64,000 nt of DNA, from assembly GCA_951406725.2 (NCBI GenBank), contig OX597820.1, positions 19,406,001 to 19,470,000 of the forward strand. Direction: 5' to 3'. The position numbers and the translations under genes were made by a program. Numbering within the stretch: the stretch's first letter is position 1; each line of letters opens with the position of its first letter. The notes under the pieces were generated by a model. It ran no database searches. It was not told where the DNA came from and saw only the letters and a program-made list of their open reading frames with translations. Of this stretch, positions 62,927 through 64,000 are shown one piece after another. This DNA is from Octopus vulgaris (Eukaryota).

Positions 62927-63598
62927 AGCATACAGAATTTTTTAGTTGAGTTAACATGGTTGCATCCAGTGTAGTTTACCAGGGTTCTACTATGGTTAAA
63001 AATGGCTCATTGTATCATCCCTTGGGAGAGCTAAAGAGCAAATGTTATGGCCCTTTCCAGTTCTGTTGATATAGTATAATTTAATCTGTATGTAAACTAT
63101 TTTTATATGTAATTAAGAAGGTTCAGGTGTAGTTCTGTAGTTAAGAAGCTTGCCTAGCGACCATGTTGTCGCCTGTTCAGTTCCATTGCATGGCACCTTG
63201 TGCAAATGTCTTGTGCTAGAGCCCCAGGTATCCAAAGCCTTGTGAGTGGATTTTGTTTAAAAGAAACCAAAAGAAGCTCATTATGTGTGTGTGTGTGTGT
63301 TTACTCTTGAGCATCGTCAGCATACAAACAAGATTGTTCGTTTCCAGTCTTTTGTGAAAAGCTTGTCTAACCATGGAAATATTACCTAACTTGGAATTGG
63401 ATGAGGGTTAGTGACAGGAAGAGCATCCAACTGTAATTTGTCTCAACAAATTCTGTCTGCCCCATGCAAATATATTAAGATGAATGAATGAGTGATGATG
63501 GAATAACTTTATTTATTCATTTACTATTACTACTACACATTCTCTAGTGTCTGTATAAAATAGATTATAGCTTATAAATCATGTCTCTAAAGTAGCAC

Positions 63599-63962
63599 AT
63601 TATGCTCTGCTAAGGTGGAGGTATTGTTTTCAGTTGCATTTGTTTGTTTGTCCATAGACAAGATATCTCAAGAACTGCTGGATGGATTCGGATGAAACTT
63701 TCAGGGATGTTTGGCCTCGTGACTGGCACGAACCAATTAGATTTGGGGATTGATCCAGTACCAGACAAGGATTCTGGATTATCTTTCATGTTTTTTTTCA
63801 CTTAATTTTTGATAGCGGTTGGCCTCATTTTTAGTATTTTCGTTTCTGAGAGCAGCCGAGTTTAGTTCAGATATTCTCATTTTAAAATTCATCTCTGGCT
63901 AATTGTTGAGAGGATGTTGCTGTTGCCTCGGCGGAGGTTTGTGCTCTCTGAGTGCTCTTGTT
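63599..63962 (+). mobile_element. Helentron/DINE-1-like element (family G), second copy
   Basis: Colinear with 39555-39904. Confidence 0.75.
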
Positions 63963-64000
63963 ACTATTACCTTTCAAATGGCACTTTAAGACTTAGTTGA

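Noticed and set aside
366-63801. Most entries in the supplied ORF track ([12 protein letters not shown], poly-N/L/Y peptides and SINE read-throughs)
   Set aside because: They are translations of microsatellites or of repeated SINE/MITE sequence with no recognisable protein domain

Overview
AT-rich, extremely repeat-dense eukaryotic genomic DNA. The SINE families, microsatellite load and retroposon fragments resemble a coleoid cephalopod, most likely Octopus; this is recognition, not a database result. No complete protein-coding gene is visible, and nearly all ORF-track entries are microsatellite or SINE read-throughs. The window contains several tRNA-derived SINE families (labelled A, B, D here), an RTE-tailed SINE family (C), and 3' fragments of CR1 and RTE LINEs. 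It also has MITEs of piggyBac-, hAT-, mariner- and Merlin-like type, Helitron/Helentron-like elements, long TA/CA/ATT microsatellites, two fold-back inverted repeats and a few candidate small exons. The most interesting signal is six minimal type I hammerhead-ribozyme-like motifs (best at 54030-54077 and 51280-51322), all on the + strand. They sit in short elements embedded in TA/CA microsatellites, consistent with Penelope/retrozyme-type elements, and include a compensatory U3-A8 core variant. Other highlights are a non-autonomous bipartite RTE element sharing its 3' tail with an RTE LINE fragment in the same window, unusually long (53-71 bp) target-site duplications, and a speculative array of ATG-led phase-0 alternative first exons. 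Coordinates were read by eye; repeat boundaries are approximate.
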